Below are positions 1-12,881 of a stretch of DNA of 64,000 nucleotides, piece by piece. The notes beneath the pieces are model-generated. The model ran no database searches. It had not been told where the DNA came from and was given only the letters and a program-made list of their open reading frames with translations. The position numbers and the translations under genes were made by a program. Numbering within the stretch: position 1 is the stretch's first letter; each line of letters begins with the position of its first letter. This stretch comes from Protoeuglena noctilucae (taxonomy: Eukaryota), in assembly GCA_958009085.1 (NCBI GenBank), contig OY253688.1, positions 186,001 to 250,000 of the forward strand, given 5' to 3'.

Positions 1-1469
1 CTTGACCCCCGCCACGGCGTCCCCGTCCACGTCCGCGACGTCCATCAGCACCTCACGGGCCATCATGCTGAAGAAGACGAAAGCGGCGGGCCCGATGACG
101 ACCGGGTGCGCCAATGCCTGGCCGGCCGCCGCTGCCCCGGCGGCGATGGACGCCGCGATGGTCCCCGCAACCACGGCGTTCTTCAGGAAGGCGATGCGCT
201 TGAAGAGCGGGGTGTAGAGGAGCGTGGCGACGCACGACGCCGCGACGATGCCCCGCACAACCCAGCTGTCGAGCATGCAGGCGCCCGCCAGCACGGCCGA
301 GTAGAGGCCCAGGCACAGGAGCACCACGTGGTCCTTCTGGACCGTCCCGCGCACCAGGGGCTTGTCCGGGGCGTTGATGGCGTCGTTGCGCATGTCGAAG
401 TAGTCGTTGAGGGCGCACGAGGCGAGGGCCACCCCCGCAGAGCACCCCGCCACCACCCACACCTGCGGCGAGGCGAGCGCCGCCAGGCTCCGCCCGCCGC
501 CCGCCCACGCCCCCAGGATCGTCATCAGCACGCTCGGGCCGTAGTTCTTTGGCCGCGTGGTGCGGAGGAGGTCCCGCAGCACCGTGGACCCCTCTGCTCC
601 GGACCCCAGGTCCCCCAGGGGCACCGACAGCCCAGCCGTGGCACCCTGCGGTCAGGGGTGTGCAGGGAAGACGTCGAGGTCGCGTGAGTAACGACGCCAG
701 GTTTTGAAGGCTCGCAACGGTATGCATACGCACCACAGGGCTCATGGGACGGCTGGTGGGAAGGGGCCCCTCGTCGCCCAGGAGGCTCCCTAAGAAGCTG
801 CGCTGCACGGTGACCGTCGACGCGCGCCGCGACGACATGACGCTGCGAAGGGCGAACTGCGGGGCAGACGGAGCGGCCAAGGGCCGAGCACGTTTGCCAA
901 CGGAAAGCCGTGGGGCCACCTCTCACGGCGCAGGTCGCAACGAGGGCACCTTGCGGTCTCCGATGCGCCTGCCCGGACCGCGGAGGTCGCGCGACAGCCC
1001 GTCGCTGTGGGTAGCGTGGGGGGGTGCCCCGGCCTCCGAGAGCGTCAGGGGCGTGAGCTGGCACCGGGCGGGCCGAGAGCGCTCCCCGGGACCGCGGAGA
1101 TCGTCCCGTAACATCGTCCAGTCATCTCCCTCCGGACCAGGCACCCGCGCGCCGGCCGAGAAGGCGCTCACGCGGACGTCCGGCAGAGCCGCCGCGGGCT
1201 TGCCGCGCCGCACGCGACGACCCGGCCCGCGCAGGTCGGCTTGCAGACTGCGAGTGTCGGCGACGGGCGGGGAGGGTAAGGCCGCGATACGAGAGCCGGC
1301 GCGTCTGTCAAAGGACCGAGAAGCCGGCCGCACCTTCCCCGGCCCGTGGGTCCCGCGACGGCCGGACTCGCCGGCCCCGACGGCGGGCTTGGATTGGGAC
1401 GAGGGTTACCACTCGCGCCGGACGTCGCGCGGATGCGCAGCTCCAGGATCTCCTCCAAAATGGTCGCAT
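1..1469 (-). CDS. UbiA-superfamily prenyltransferase, DGGGP-synthase-like; 3' end lies outside the window
   Basis: The exon at about 1-645 reads LLRTTRPKN...ALNDYFDMRNDAINAPDKPLVRG...LYTPLFKRIAFLKNAVVA...MAREVLMDVADVDGDAVAGVK. This contains both Asp-rich UbiA motifs plus hydrophobic helices. Upstream exons splice in frame via GT-AG introns (about 646-732, 857-949, 1007-1171, 1248-1333) to an Arg/Ser-rich N-terminus. The start is uncertain (ATG at 1469, 1550 or 838). Confidence 0.8.
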
Positions 1470-2360
1470 GCGCCCGCACTGCGAACGATGTGCCCCACGG
1501 TCATTGCCATCGGAACGGCGAAGCGGTCGATCAGGGGAAGGCGAAGACATCACCGAAAGGAAAGGGGAGCGCGGTCTTTCCCTGGCGGCCCGTCGCCCGG
1601 GACGAAATACCTAAAAGGGCGCACGCGATGACATGCCAAAAAGTCTGCACCCCACGGAGCCTCGGGCGCAGCTGTTCAGAAATTAGAGACCCCGAAGATC
1701 ACGCGAGCTCCGACAGAGCGGCGTCGATGGCCCGCAGGCCGGAGAAATGCCGGGGGCGACCTCTCCAGTTTGGGGCCCCCGTTCGCTCGCAGCTGCGCGT
1801 GCCCTCGAGCGGGCAGGGCCACAGCCGAGCACGAAACCGGCGACAAGGCGATTGAGCGCTCCAAACGCGACGCGCGGGGCCCACCTGGCCGTTGGGGCGC
1901 GGGCCTCGCGAGGCTTCCCGCCCCGATCGAGGGGCTCGAGACGCGCATCCCTCTCCGCGGCGTCTAATTTGAAATGTCAGCGACCCGACACACTCCCGGT
2001 GAGACCTCGCGCGGCGTTTTTTGGGGGGAAGGGGGCTGAAGCTCCGGCCCTTGACGCGTGCGTGACCTCCTGATAGCAGCGCAGCGTGATCCGGTAGCGG
2101 TTTTGAGCGGCGAGAGCGACGCGGTGGCCCCAACTCGCCCGCGGTTGCCACGTCAGTGGGCGCCCGAAACTCTGTGCCGGGCGTCGACAGCACGGGAGGC
2201 CCATCCGCCTCCACACGACGGCTTGCATCGGTATCGACGCCCGGCGCAGCGAGTGTTCTTCGCGATTCAGTCGCTGGGGCAGCTGGACGAGCGAGATATC
2301 AGAAAGAGAGCCCGCGCACCGTGTCAGCGCGCGGCTGCGGGGCGTGGTAGCGCGGGACCG

Positions 2361-5281
2361 ATGAATGGGAAGGAGATGCGGCTGTCGGGGCTGGAGCTGG
2401 ACTCGGGGGCGCAGTACGACATGGGTTTGACAAGCCCTTCGCCGCGGCCCATGGGCGACCGCGACCGGATCCTCAGCGACCTGCGCGCCGTGTGCGCCGC
2501 GGATCCGCCTGCGCTGAGCGTCTCGCCTGTGGTCAAGCCGTACCTGATGCGGGCGCGGAGCATCCATGACAACGCGGAGGACTTCTGCGCCCCGGTTCCC
2601 AGCAACCTGGGGCCTGGGGCCAAGGCGAGGGGCGCGGGGGGCGGCATCGCGTTCGGGTCAGCGGAACGTGGGGACAGAAGCCTCACGATGGCGTCTGACT
2701 CGCCGCTTTGCTGCCCACTTGAGAAGGGCGTCACAGGCCGCTGTGGCCGCGCGAGCCCGAGACCCCGAGGTCGCGTTCCCCGTCGCTGCAGATGGCTGGT
2801 ATCGAGGCGCGACTTCAAGAAGAGCAGCAGATGCTGAGCAACACGTCTCTGCGGGGGTCCGCGCAGGAGATGCTCAAAGCCACCCCCAAGGGCACGCAGA
2901 CGCATTCGCGGCAGGGTGCGCGGCGCTCTGTGCGCTGCTGTTTCACATCAGGAATGTGTAGATGGATCGTTCGTGCGCTGTTGATCGCTGCACATTCTCC
3001 CCCCCGCCCCTCCACCGCTGTAGTGAACAAGAAGGCCTGCCAATTCCACGAGAACGACCTGGCGGAAGTCGTCATTGTGTGCGAGGTGACGCGAACGCCA
3101 CGGATGATTGAGACGTCGCGCGTGCCGGGCCTGCAGCAACCGCAATCCTCCCCTCCCACACCGCGTCTCTTCTGCGGCTCGCAGCCCGAGGGCGCGTCCG
3201 TCATGATGGGCGGCCTGCACCCGCGCTCGTCTCTCTTCGAGCGCCCCCTGAACCTCGCCCAGGCGCGCAAGCAACACGAGAACTTCCGTGAGGTCATGCG
3301 CACCATGGGCGTCAAGGTGCTCACCGTGCGTGACATCCTGAGGTGAGGAACCCGGCGCGGGTGTGCGGATATCGCACAGTGCGCGAGGGAGCTTATGGCC
3401 CTGACACATACCTCGTAGGTACGTGTCACCTGACTCGAGACGTGTGCCTGCAGGTATGCGGCGGAGCAGAATGTGCGGGCCAGGGTGGAGCTGGAGGAGT
3501 TTGCGCTGGGCGCGCTGCAGTACAAGCTCAAGGACGGCGTGGACGCCAGCGAGCTGGGGTCCGACCTGCAGTGGTACCTGTCGGACGACTACAAGCGCGA
3601 GGTGCTAGAGCAGATGTCCACCGACCAGCTGCTGGACGTCATCATGACGAACCCCACCGTGCACCTGCGGCCGAGCGGGAGGGACACAGGTGCCAGAAGA
3701 GAGGGCTGCGGGGCCGCGCGCTGTGCGTGTCGAGGAGGCGTGCAGACCCCAGTGTGCGTTCGGCCGTCCCTGCAGGTCTGAACCCCGAGTACACCTTCGC
3801 CCCGCTGGCCAACCTCATTTACAGCCGGGACCAGCAGATCACGACGGCCAAGGGCATCGTGATGGGCCGGCTGCGGTCGTCGCAGCGCCAGCGGGAGGTG
3901 GCCATCATGCGCCTGTGCTTCCTCAAGCTGGGGATGCCCGTGGTGGGCGAGATCGCTGCCCCGGGGTACCTCGAGGGCGGGGACTTCTTCCCGGCCGGCC
4001 CCGAGCTCTGCCTCATCGGCGTGGGCCTGCGGTCGAACATGGAGGCGTGCCAGCAGCTGATGGAGCGGGACCTGCTGGGCACGCGGTGCGTGGCGGTGGT
4101 GAGGGACGACTTTGAAAAGCACCAGGACCGCATGCACCTCGACTGCGTGTTCAGCATCCTGTCGGACGACTGCTGCATCATGCTGGAGGACATGATGGGG
4201 GAGACGTCGCCCACGCGGCGCCTGGTGGACGAGTACGTGCGCGACCCCATCTCCGGCAAGTACACGGTGAGTGGCGCAGAACGCATGGGGTGCCGCACAA
4301 CCTCTGGGTGGCGCCTGTGCCAGGGAGGTGCAGGGGCTATGGAGGTCATGCATGGCTTGATGACGCGGCAGTGGCGGAGAGGGGTGCCGGTGTCACGAGA
4401 AGACACCGCTGATGCCTTGATCGTGAGTCTGCTATCGTTCTTGCTTCGTCTCAGCTGGCCCGGTCGAACGTGGAGTTCAGCCGCTACATCCGCGCCAAAG
4501 GCTTTAACATCATCCCCGTCAGCGGCGCCGACCAGCTCAAGTACGGCTGCAACATCCTCAACCTCGGGCAGAGCACGATCCTGTCCGTGCACGAGAAGAC
4601 AGCGCGGCAGGTGAGGGGCGGTGTGGCACCTGGGTGGCAATCGCTGGAACATCCATCGACACGTCATGCGTGAGCCTGGCATTGGAATGCGTGCCTGAGT
4701 AGTAGTAGTGCCAACACGGTTGCGGTTGGCAGCCGCACATGAATGGCAGCACATGTCTCGCTGCCCCTGTGTGCAGATCACGCGGTCCCCTCACTTCAAG
4801 GGCGACGTCTTTTTCGTCGAATTCGACGCCATCACGAGCATGTACGGCGCGGCGCACTGCTCGAGCCAGATCGTCAAGCGATCAGGTGAGGGGCATGGCG
4901 ACCTGCATGGCTGTGCCACGAGGGGCTACCTGGGTCATTCGATGCAGCTGCCTGACACATTCGCAATGTCAAGCCATTTGCGCCCTCAGCAGAGGAGGCA
5001 GCGGCCTTGGAGATAAATGAACCAGTCTTCGTTCCCCATCGTTGCCTCACGATCACTGATCCTCTCTCGCCGCCCTCGCAGCGTCCCGGTGGGTGAACCG
5101 CGCCAAGCACTCCATGGCCTCCGGGATGTCGAGTGGGGGATCGGGGGCCAAGACGTCGGCCATGACGGTGCCCTTGGGGAACGGCAGGGCCACGCCCACG
5201 CGCGACGACGGCAACGTGTCCACGAGCGCGCCCTTAGACTTCAGCAGCCTGACGGAGGCCGCGGGGGAGCTGCAGCTGTGA
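2361..5281 (+). CDS. ADI1: Arginine deiminase (amidinotransferase superfamily), 9 exons
   Basis: Spliced product contains CQFHENDLAEVVIVCEPE, SLFERPLNLAQARKQHENF, NLIYSRDQQITT, LEGGDF, DRMHLDCVF and catalytic MYGAAHCSSQ. There are 8 introns; the first is GC-AG (2625). Confidence 0.9.
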
Positions 5282-5659
5282 CGACGATGACGATGACTGG
5301 GACCATACCACGACACCGCCCTGTGCTGGGCGTGGCGCCCTCAGGGCACCGTGACGAGAGATGAGGGCACCGCGATCGGTGCTTCCATACCCGGCCCTCC
5401 CCCAACGGCTGGGAATGCGCAGCGCCCCTCAATAGCAACAACGTAGCGCGCGCCGGCCGCTCGGGCCCTTTGTTTTGTGGGCGCCTGCCCTACTCCTGTG
5501 CCTGCGCCTGCCTTTTTTGACTCTTCCAGCCCATCTTGGCGGCCCCTTTGCGTGCACGCTCCGACGATGCTCGATGTCCACGCCCATAAGACCTTCCTGC
5601 CTTTTCAAAGAGGCATTCTCACACGCTGGCGTGCACGTAACGTCCGCACTCCATACACC

Positions 5660-7700
5660 CTAGGCCAGCGCGAACTTGAGCTTCCCGCCGTCCTTCTCGT
5701 ATCGCACTTTCTTGTCGGTCCGCACGGCCTGAATGATGAGAGCCTGGTCAGGCAGGGGGACGAGCACACGTGAGGGGACGGCCGAGACAGGTGAACGCCC
5801 CATGGACCATCCATGCACACGGAACAACCGCCCCCTCATACCATCTCTGCCTCGCGCACAGCAAGTACCCTTGCTACCGCATGTGAACTAACAGACGCCC
5901 ACCCTCTCCCTTCCACCCACCTTGAACGTCTCCTGGTGGTCTCTCCGCGACATGTCCAGCCCCAGCTCAGGCACCAACTCATCGCGGGTGAGCGGCCGCC
6001 CCGCCCGCCCCAGCACCCGCACGAGGTCCTCCACCGTCGCCCCCCGGCCCTCGCCCTCCCCCGCCCGGCGCTTCCGGGCTTTGCCCTCCCCGTCCTCTTC
6101 AGCCTCCCCGTCCCCGCGCCCCCGCTTGCCCAGCCCGGCCTTGGCAGCCCCAGACTCCTGGGCAGGTGCATTGGCCTGTGCCGCCTCTTCCTCTGCCCCC
6201 CCTTCCTCTTCCTGCAACAGCGACACGCACCAGGACTGTCATCTGTGGAGCTCATACTAAGCCAGGCCAGGCGCAGGTTAAGTGTGGCCGACGCCCCCAT
6301 GTGCCGCCACCGTCAGCCCCCAACGCGCTCACCTCCGCCTCCCCCTCATCGCCACTGTCTTCCTCCTCCCCTTCCTCTTCCTCGTCGCGCCCGTCGGCCT
6401 CCTCGCCCTCCTCCTGGGCCGCAAAGGAGCCAGTCTTGCAGCGTACATTTCACAGGAAACGCCAACGCTCGTTCTAGCCAGTGGGTGGCATGGGAACAAG
6501 CTAACAGGTAACTACGGCGACAGGATATCTGCCCACGCGCCACATAGTCACACTCTCGCTCCCGGCCCCACCCTGTCCCCACCTTGTCCACCTTGGGCGG
6601 CTTGGGCACCCTCCGCTCATCCTCATCGTCCACGTCCTCGTCCACATCCACCCGCACGCCACCCTCGGCCCGGCCCAGCTCCACGTCGTCGTCCGATCGC
6701 GCCATCTCGTGCTCCCAGTCCTCCTGCGCGCCCTCACAACCGACAGCTGAGGCACGAGATGGCAAACCCACGCGCGCGTCAGTCACATCACGTGCCCCGA
6801 CTGTGCAAGACCTGCCCTGCACAGTGACCTAGCCAAGCAGTTAGGCTTCAAGATCAAGACCCATACCGGCACCTCACCTCCACCTTAAACCCCATGATGT
6901 CCCCGTCCTCCCCCGTCCCCACCACCTCTTCCTCCTGCGCACCCATCACCCACTGACCCGCCCCGCCCTCATCCCCGTCGTATCCACGACCCCCCAGATC
7001 CTCCTCCCCGCCCCCGCCCCCGTCGCCCTCCTCATCTAACACCCCGCCCCGGCGTTGTCCGCGCCCGCTCTTGGCCGCAGCCTTGGGCTCCTCCGGTGCC
7101 CGCACGACCTTGGCGATGCGCTCCAGACGCCGCTGCTGCTCCTCCTCGCTGGGTCCCGCGCCTGCGGAGGGCTCCCGCGGCAGCGCGGCCGCGCGGAAGT
7201 TGTACCAAGCGTCGACAGGGGTGAGCGTCCACGCCTGGGCGTCCTTGCGCAGGACGAAGAAGACCGGCGCGTCGGCCGCGGACGACCAGAACCCCACCTC
7301 CCTCGATCTGCCCTGCTCGTGGTTGTCCAGGGTGATGATCTTGGGCGCGGAGACCTGCAATTGATCGCAGCGACGGAGCTTGTCTCCCTTCGATCCGCGC
7401 AGCCCTCCCCCGTTGCCGCGATGGACAGTGCGCCAACCGTGGTCACCGTCTCAGCCTCCGTCGGGGGCCTCTTCCCCTTGCGAGGAGGGAACTCCTCGAT
7501 GTAGGTCCAGCCCGTCTTGGCGAAGTCCGGGGCCCTGCGGGGTCTCGCGAGCGATGCGTGGTGAGTCTACCGCAGCTGAGACTGTCATCCAGGAGGTGCA
7601 TCGCACGCAAGAGGGCCAACCTTGTCGTGAAGGACGCTATCCGTGTCGTGGAGCCTTCGTAACCCCCGTCGGGGCCGTGCAAAGGCTCCTCCCTATCCAT
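5660..7700 (-). CDS. Transcription initiation factor IIF alpha subunit (RAP74)-like
   Basis: Contains FFVLRK...WTLTPVDAWYNFR, an acidic linker with DWEHEMARSDDDVE, and a C-terminal winged-helix-like segment (EDLVRVLGRAGRPLTRDEL). About 6 GT-AG introns join the exons in frame. Confidence 0.7.
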
Positions 7701-7999
7701 CGCGCACCACCTGCGATGCCCCGCAACATCTGAGGCGAGAATTGCTCGGAGCCACACATCATGTGGCGGCCAGGCCACATGCGCAGGAGGACTGACGCCG
7801 CACTCTGGTGTGCGACGCATGGCTTCTTCCACGCCGCAGCGCGGCACTATTCCTCGAGACCATTGGCTGCAGGGCCCCGCCTGGCACCCGTCGTTCCCAG
7901 CGTCGCTCTCTTGCTTCGCGCGGCGAGAGGCCTGCTCAGCGTGGTGCTTTGCTGTGACCTGGTCTCGCCGGCGCCGGCTTTCCAAGAGCATGGGCAGCC

Positions 8000-10900
8000 A
8001 TGTCGGACTCGGATGAGTTCTCCGTGGACGATTATGGGTACTCGTCGGCGGAGGACGACTTGCTGAGCCCCGAGGCCCCAGCCCAGGCGAGTACGGGGGC
8101 CCGAGGGGATAGCGGCCGCCTCTGCGATGCGCCGTCGATCTCGATTGGGAGCATGGCTTCCGTGGCAAATGCACGGCGCGCCTCGCGGTCGGCGAAGCGC
8201 TCACGGAGCACGGGCGATGGTGCGTGCTTTGCAGCGGGCTAGGTACCATGTGCTGGACAAGGAGCGGATGCACGAGGTCAAGGAGGGCGCAGTCGAGAAA
8301 GTCCAGGGCGTCTTGTGCGTAAGCCGTGACCAGGCGGTGCGGGTTCTGCGGCATTTCGGGTGGAATGTGACCCGGGCGAACGAGTCGTGGTTCGTCGACC
8401 AGGTGACGCGCGGTTCCGGCGAGGGCCTCGGTCGCGGGGCCTTGGCTCGACGTACGACTTGTGCGCGTGCCCTGGAGCCCCACGCGACCTGCTTTTCCCG
8501 CGCATTTCCTTTGCAGGAGGAGCTCTCGCGCAAGCTGGGCATCGTGCACGGGGAGCAGCTGCGTCGGACTCAAGTTTCGGGAACGTGCAACATCTGCTTC
8601 GAGACCACGGAGGCGCACAGGCTCCGGGGAGCGGCGTGCGGTCACTTCTTCTGCACCGAGTGCTGGACAGGGTACGTGGAGGCCAAGTTCACGGAGGGGC
8701 GGGCCCAGGTCCTCGACATGCGCTGCCCTCAGCCCGACTGCGGCTGCCAGGTGCGCTTGGGGATTCGTGCAGCGCGCAGGGGCTCGGTGCGCTGCCCCCG
8801 GGCAGCGGAGCGACCAGCTGCGTTGCGCTGGGATTCCGACGGCCTCGGGACCTCATTCGGTCCTTGATGTGAACTATACAACCTCCCGCAGGTGCTCCCC
8901 GACCTCTACCGGGACCTGGTGGACGCGTCTCTGCTGGGCAAGTATGAACAGTTTGAGACGGTGGACTTCGTCGAAGCGAGCAAGGACATGCTGCACTGCC
9001 CGAGGGCCGGATGTGACAACGCGGTGAAGTGAGCCCGGGGGCGTCGGGCGGCCTCTGGCCTTCGCTGCCGCTGCGACGTGACGTGACGCATGTGCGCCTA
9101 CTGCAGATTGGTGGACTACCTGGGGAGCTCAGGCACCGAGGCGCTGCCCGTCGAATGCGCGTGCGGGTACATGTTCTGCAGCCGGTGCCTGTCCAAGTTC
9201 AACGCCGAGGTGGAGCCGCACGGGCCGGCCTTCTGTGAGGACGTGCAGGAGTGGGCGCGGAAGAGCAGCACCGAGGCCGCGAACATCCAGTGGATCCTCG
9301 TCAACACCAAGAACTGCCCGAAGGTGACGTGCATCGCGCCATCGCGCCAAGTGGAGACGTGCCGTCCGACAGTGCCCGCAGCCAGCGCACGACATGCCGG
9401 GGGAGGGATTGTCCTGTGATTGCTGGCGTCGCCTCCCGACCTCGTGTGCAGTGCCACAAGCCGATCGAGAAGAACAGCGGATGCATGCACATGACGTGCG
9501 CCCAGTGCCGCCACGAGTTCTGCTGGCTGTGCCTGGGGGACTGGTCGCGGCACGGGGAGGGGTCTGGGGGCTTCTACAACTGCAACCGGTGAGGCCAGAA
9601 GCTAGGCATACCACGATCGCTGTGTGGGCGGTGTCGCGGTCGCGGCCACCCTCTCCAGGTCACCCGTCCTGACCATGCGTGCCCTGGTCGCCCTCGCTGC
9701 CGTCGCATGCCTGGCCCACACTCCCCCTGCATTCCCGCCACACCCCGCAGCTACGAGAAGGCCAAGCTGCGCGGCCAGTACACGGACGAGCAGCGCAAGC
9801 GGGAGAACGCCAAGGCGGCCCTGGACCGGTACGTGCACTACTTCGAGCGCTTCACCTTCCACGACAAGGGCATCCGTAAGGCGCGGGCGGACAGCGCGGC
9901 GGTGGAGCAGGACAAGGAGAAGATCGCCAACGTGACGGGGACGCCCCCGGGGCAGCTGCGGTTCCTCACGGATGCATGGGAGACGGTGGCGCAGGTGAGG
10001 GGCAGAGGATGGATGCGTGGGTGCATGGGAGACGGTGGCGAAGGTGAGGGGCAGAGGATGGATGCGTGGGTGCATGGGAGACGGTGGCGAAGGTGAGGGG
10101 CAGAGAGGCAGCTGCGGTGACCAATTGACATGGTGGAGGCAGTGTGGAGGAGGCGCTTGCCTGCGTATGCGCCGAAGACGTGCTGCTGTGTTGGACTGGC
10201 GAGAGGGTTGAGAAGCGCATGTGACGCCTGCTGAGTTCCTCTTGCTTTCCGTGTTTGCCCAGGGCGCGCGCACGCTCAAGTGGTCATACTGCCTCGGTTT
10301 TTCCAAGTTCACGGACACGGAGGGGGACGACGCCCGCAAGAAGGAGCTGTTTGAGTTCAAGCAGGTGGGCGGCGTGGCAGGGTGGTCTGAATGGTATCAG
10401 CTCAGCTCAGCAGGGAGTGGGGATGACACAGGCGGCACTGGCGACCCTCACGGGCGACTTCGGGTAAAAGATACGACACTTTGCGTTGCGTCCCTCCACA
10501 GGGCGACGCGGAGCTGTCGCTGGACCGTTTGCGCAAGTGCCTGGAGGACGGGGTGCGGAAGACGCTGGCGCGCCTGGACCACGACTCCCTGGACAGGCTC
10601 GCCACCAAACACGACGAGATTGAGCGGGAGTTCCACGCCCTCAAGTGAGCGGGGTCCAGGGGTGTGTCAGTATCACACCGTGTTAGTTGCAGGACATTGC
10701 CGAGCCTTTGTGGTTGTGTGCACACCCCGCCATCCGTCGTGCTGTGACGCGTGCAGGGTGGAGCTGATGAACCTGGACCAGACGACGCGCAAGTACTTCA
10801 CGGAGATGATGCGGGAGCTGGAGGGCGGGGTGGGGCAGATTGGGGGGCCGGAGGACTCGGGGGCGGCAGCGGGGCCGTCGGGGATGGGGCACCGGGGTGA

Positions 10901-11212
10901 GGGCAACGTAGGGCACGTGCACGTGTCGGCATGCGAGCTGTTTGCGTCGGGAAGTAGGGGAAGCAAGCAACGATCGACGCACGTCATGGGAGGGGTGGTG
11001 GGTTGGTGGGGGTCGGGGGCTAAGTATCAACGCACAGTTGCTTTTCTCCATGCCCCTCCGCAGGGACGGAGATTGCTCGGAAGCGCAAGTCGGCCAGCCT
11101 GACGGGCACCGCGGGGGGTGACGGGGCGGCCGCGGCATCGTCGATGGATGAGGGCGGCAGCAGCGCGTACGCAAAGCCCACAGGCACTCACGGGTCCCGG
11201 CATCGGCAGTGA
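8000..11212 (+). CDS. ARI: ARIADNE-family RBR E3 ubiquitin ligase
   Basis: Acidic N-terminus; UBA-like [12 protein letters not shown]1 CNICFE...[10 protein letters not shown]...CPQPDC; IBR HCPRAGC...[15 protein letters not shown]2 [33 protein letters not shown]; Ariadne domain [11 protein letters not shown]...RTLKWSY. There are 10 introns. Confidence 0.93.
9973..10105 (+). repeat. 49-bp tandem repeat (about 2.7 copies) spanning an exon/intron junction of ARI
   Basis: The unit gcatgggagacggtggcg(c/a)aggtgaggggcagaggatggatgcgtgggt starts at 9974, 10023 and 10072. Confidence 0.95.
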
Positions 11213-11379
11213 AGCGCGGGGTGCGGCCAGCGGAGCTGGCGGGTCTAACCCAGGCGCTGTTGTTTCATCGCCCTGTGGGCAGCTATGGCTGCGTGTGGGC
11301 CTCTCTATCCACTTCTGGGAGGAAGCACTTCAATTCCAATTGTCAGCTTGAAACAGGCAATTCGTTGTCGCCTCAGCGA

Positions 11380-12881
11380 CTACTCCTGTGCTGCCTCAGC
11401 CGCCGCCCCTGTCTCCGTGTCAGCCTCTGGACCCTTGCTGCCCTTGTCCGCACTCCCCTGCCCCCCATCCCCACCGCCTCCCTTCTCTCCCGCGCCGTCC
11501 TTCCCGCTTGCCTCCCGGCCCTTCTCCTTCCCCGTGTTCCCCTCCTCGACCCCAGCCAGCCGCCTCCAGTTGAGTTTCTTCAGGTCGTAGTACCGGGGAA
11601 ACACCGCCAGCAGCGCCGAGTTGCGGATCAGCGTGACGAGGATCACCTTGCGCGCATCGCTGAGGCTCACGGAGTGCGGGGGCGTGGGGACGAGGCGCGC
11701 CAGGCCGTCGATGACCGGGCCACGCAACGCCTTGTCTGCCGCGCTCGAGTTGAGCTCCACCGCCATCGTGAAGCCCTGCGGTGGGAGCAGCGAGCGTGGC
11801 GCTCGCTCGAAGAATCGAAAGATCCCTGCCAGGTGGCGGGCCACGTGCATGGCTTATGCAAGCAGCCTGGGTCCTTGGGGCCCAAGTAACACCCCATGAA
11901 ATTCCAGGGTCGTGCAAGCATAGCCCTGCCCTTCCCTCTCCGCGGTACAGTCATGCCCCTCCTCACCTCTCCCGACGAGGGGAACTCGCGCTGCACCATT
12001 GGCGTGGCCGCCTCTAGTATCTGCTGCACCCCAGCATAGCACGTCGTCTCCACAGGCGTCACGCGCAGGGCGTAGCGCGTGCGGAGGACCTTCGTGCGAG
12101 CCAATTCCTGCGGCGAGACCGCACACGGCTCGTCGCACCGGAGCACAGAGCACTGCCGCCAGTGCTGCTCCACAAAACTCCCCCGCACCTCGGCAATGCT
12201 CAGCATGATCGCGGTGGGCGTGGCCGCCCCTGAAGCGGCTTCCTTGTTCATCTCCACGAACACCAAGCCCCGGAGACCCGTGAGAATGTACCAGAATAGC
12301 TTCTTCTGCCTGTCCTGCTAGGGCAAGACGAGGGGCGCGAGGTCCGCAGGCGTGCAGGGCGACAGCACACACTCCGCCGACTCCTCACCATCGCTCACCT
12401 GCATCCCATCGAACTCTGCCTTGATCTCCGCAGCGATGTCCAGCTTGCCAGCATCGGAAGCCCCCCCCTCGGCCGCCCCACTGCCCGCCTGCCGTGCAAG
12501 CGCAGCATGGTGCTCCGTCACCACGTTGATGACCTCCAGAGCAGCCCGTGTCTCTTTCCCCCCCTCGCAGCTGACTGCGAAAGCGAGGGAGAGCCTTGGA
12601 CCCTTCCCATCGCCACTACACAGCCCAGGCAGCGCCACCGGTGCAGCTCCGGCCCTCGCCTAGGAACCCGCAGGCCGCCTTTGGGATTTGCCCGGACGCC
12701 TGACCTCCTCCCCCTTTGGATCGGCCCTTTCCACGCCGCGCCCCCTCCGCGCCTGCGCGCACATGGTTAGCAGCCGGTTGCAGGCACGACGGCCCGCCAT
12801 TCCTGAGCCTGGACAGGTGCAGCAGCCGCGATGCGCACCGTCATCGGTCTCTCGCGGCCTTTTCTCGCGGGCACCGGACAT
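11380..12881 (-). CDS. THUMP domain-containing protein (THUMPD1/Tan1-like)
   Basis: Spliced product contains GFLVSCEGGKETRAALEVI, DIAAEIKAE, TGLRGLVFVEM, TRYALRVTPVETTCYA and HSVSLSDARKVILVTLIRNSALLAVFPRYYDLKKLNW. There are 4 introns, one GC-AG. Confidence 0.8.

Noticed and set aside
923..1333. Minus-strand ORF with three DLRGPG repeats
   Set aside because: The region is better explained as 5' exons and introns of the UbiA gene. In that model one copy is intronic and one is read in another frame. The ORF starts at GTG and has no other support.
4350..4418. TGATGA...CTGA in ADI intron 6 as a possible C/D snoRNA
   Set aside because: It is too short (under 60 nt), box C is imperfect, and the would-be guide is tied up in a local hairpin with no recognised rRNA complement.
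9973..10105. Possible CRISPR-like array
   Set aside because: The units are contiguous with no unique spacers, the context is a eukaryotic intron, and there are no cas genes.
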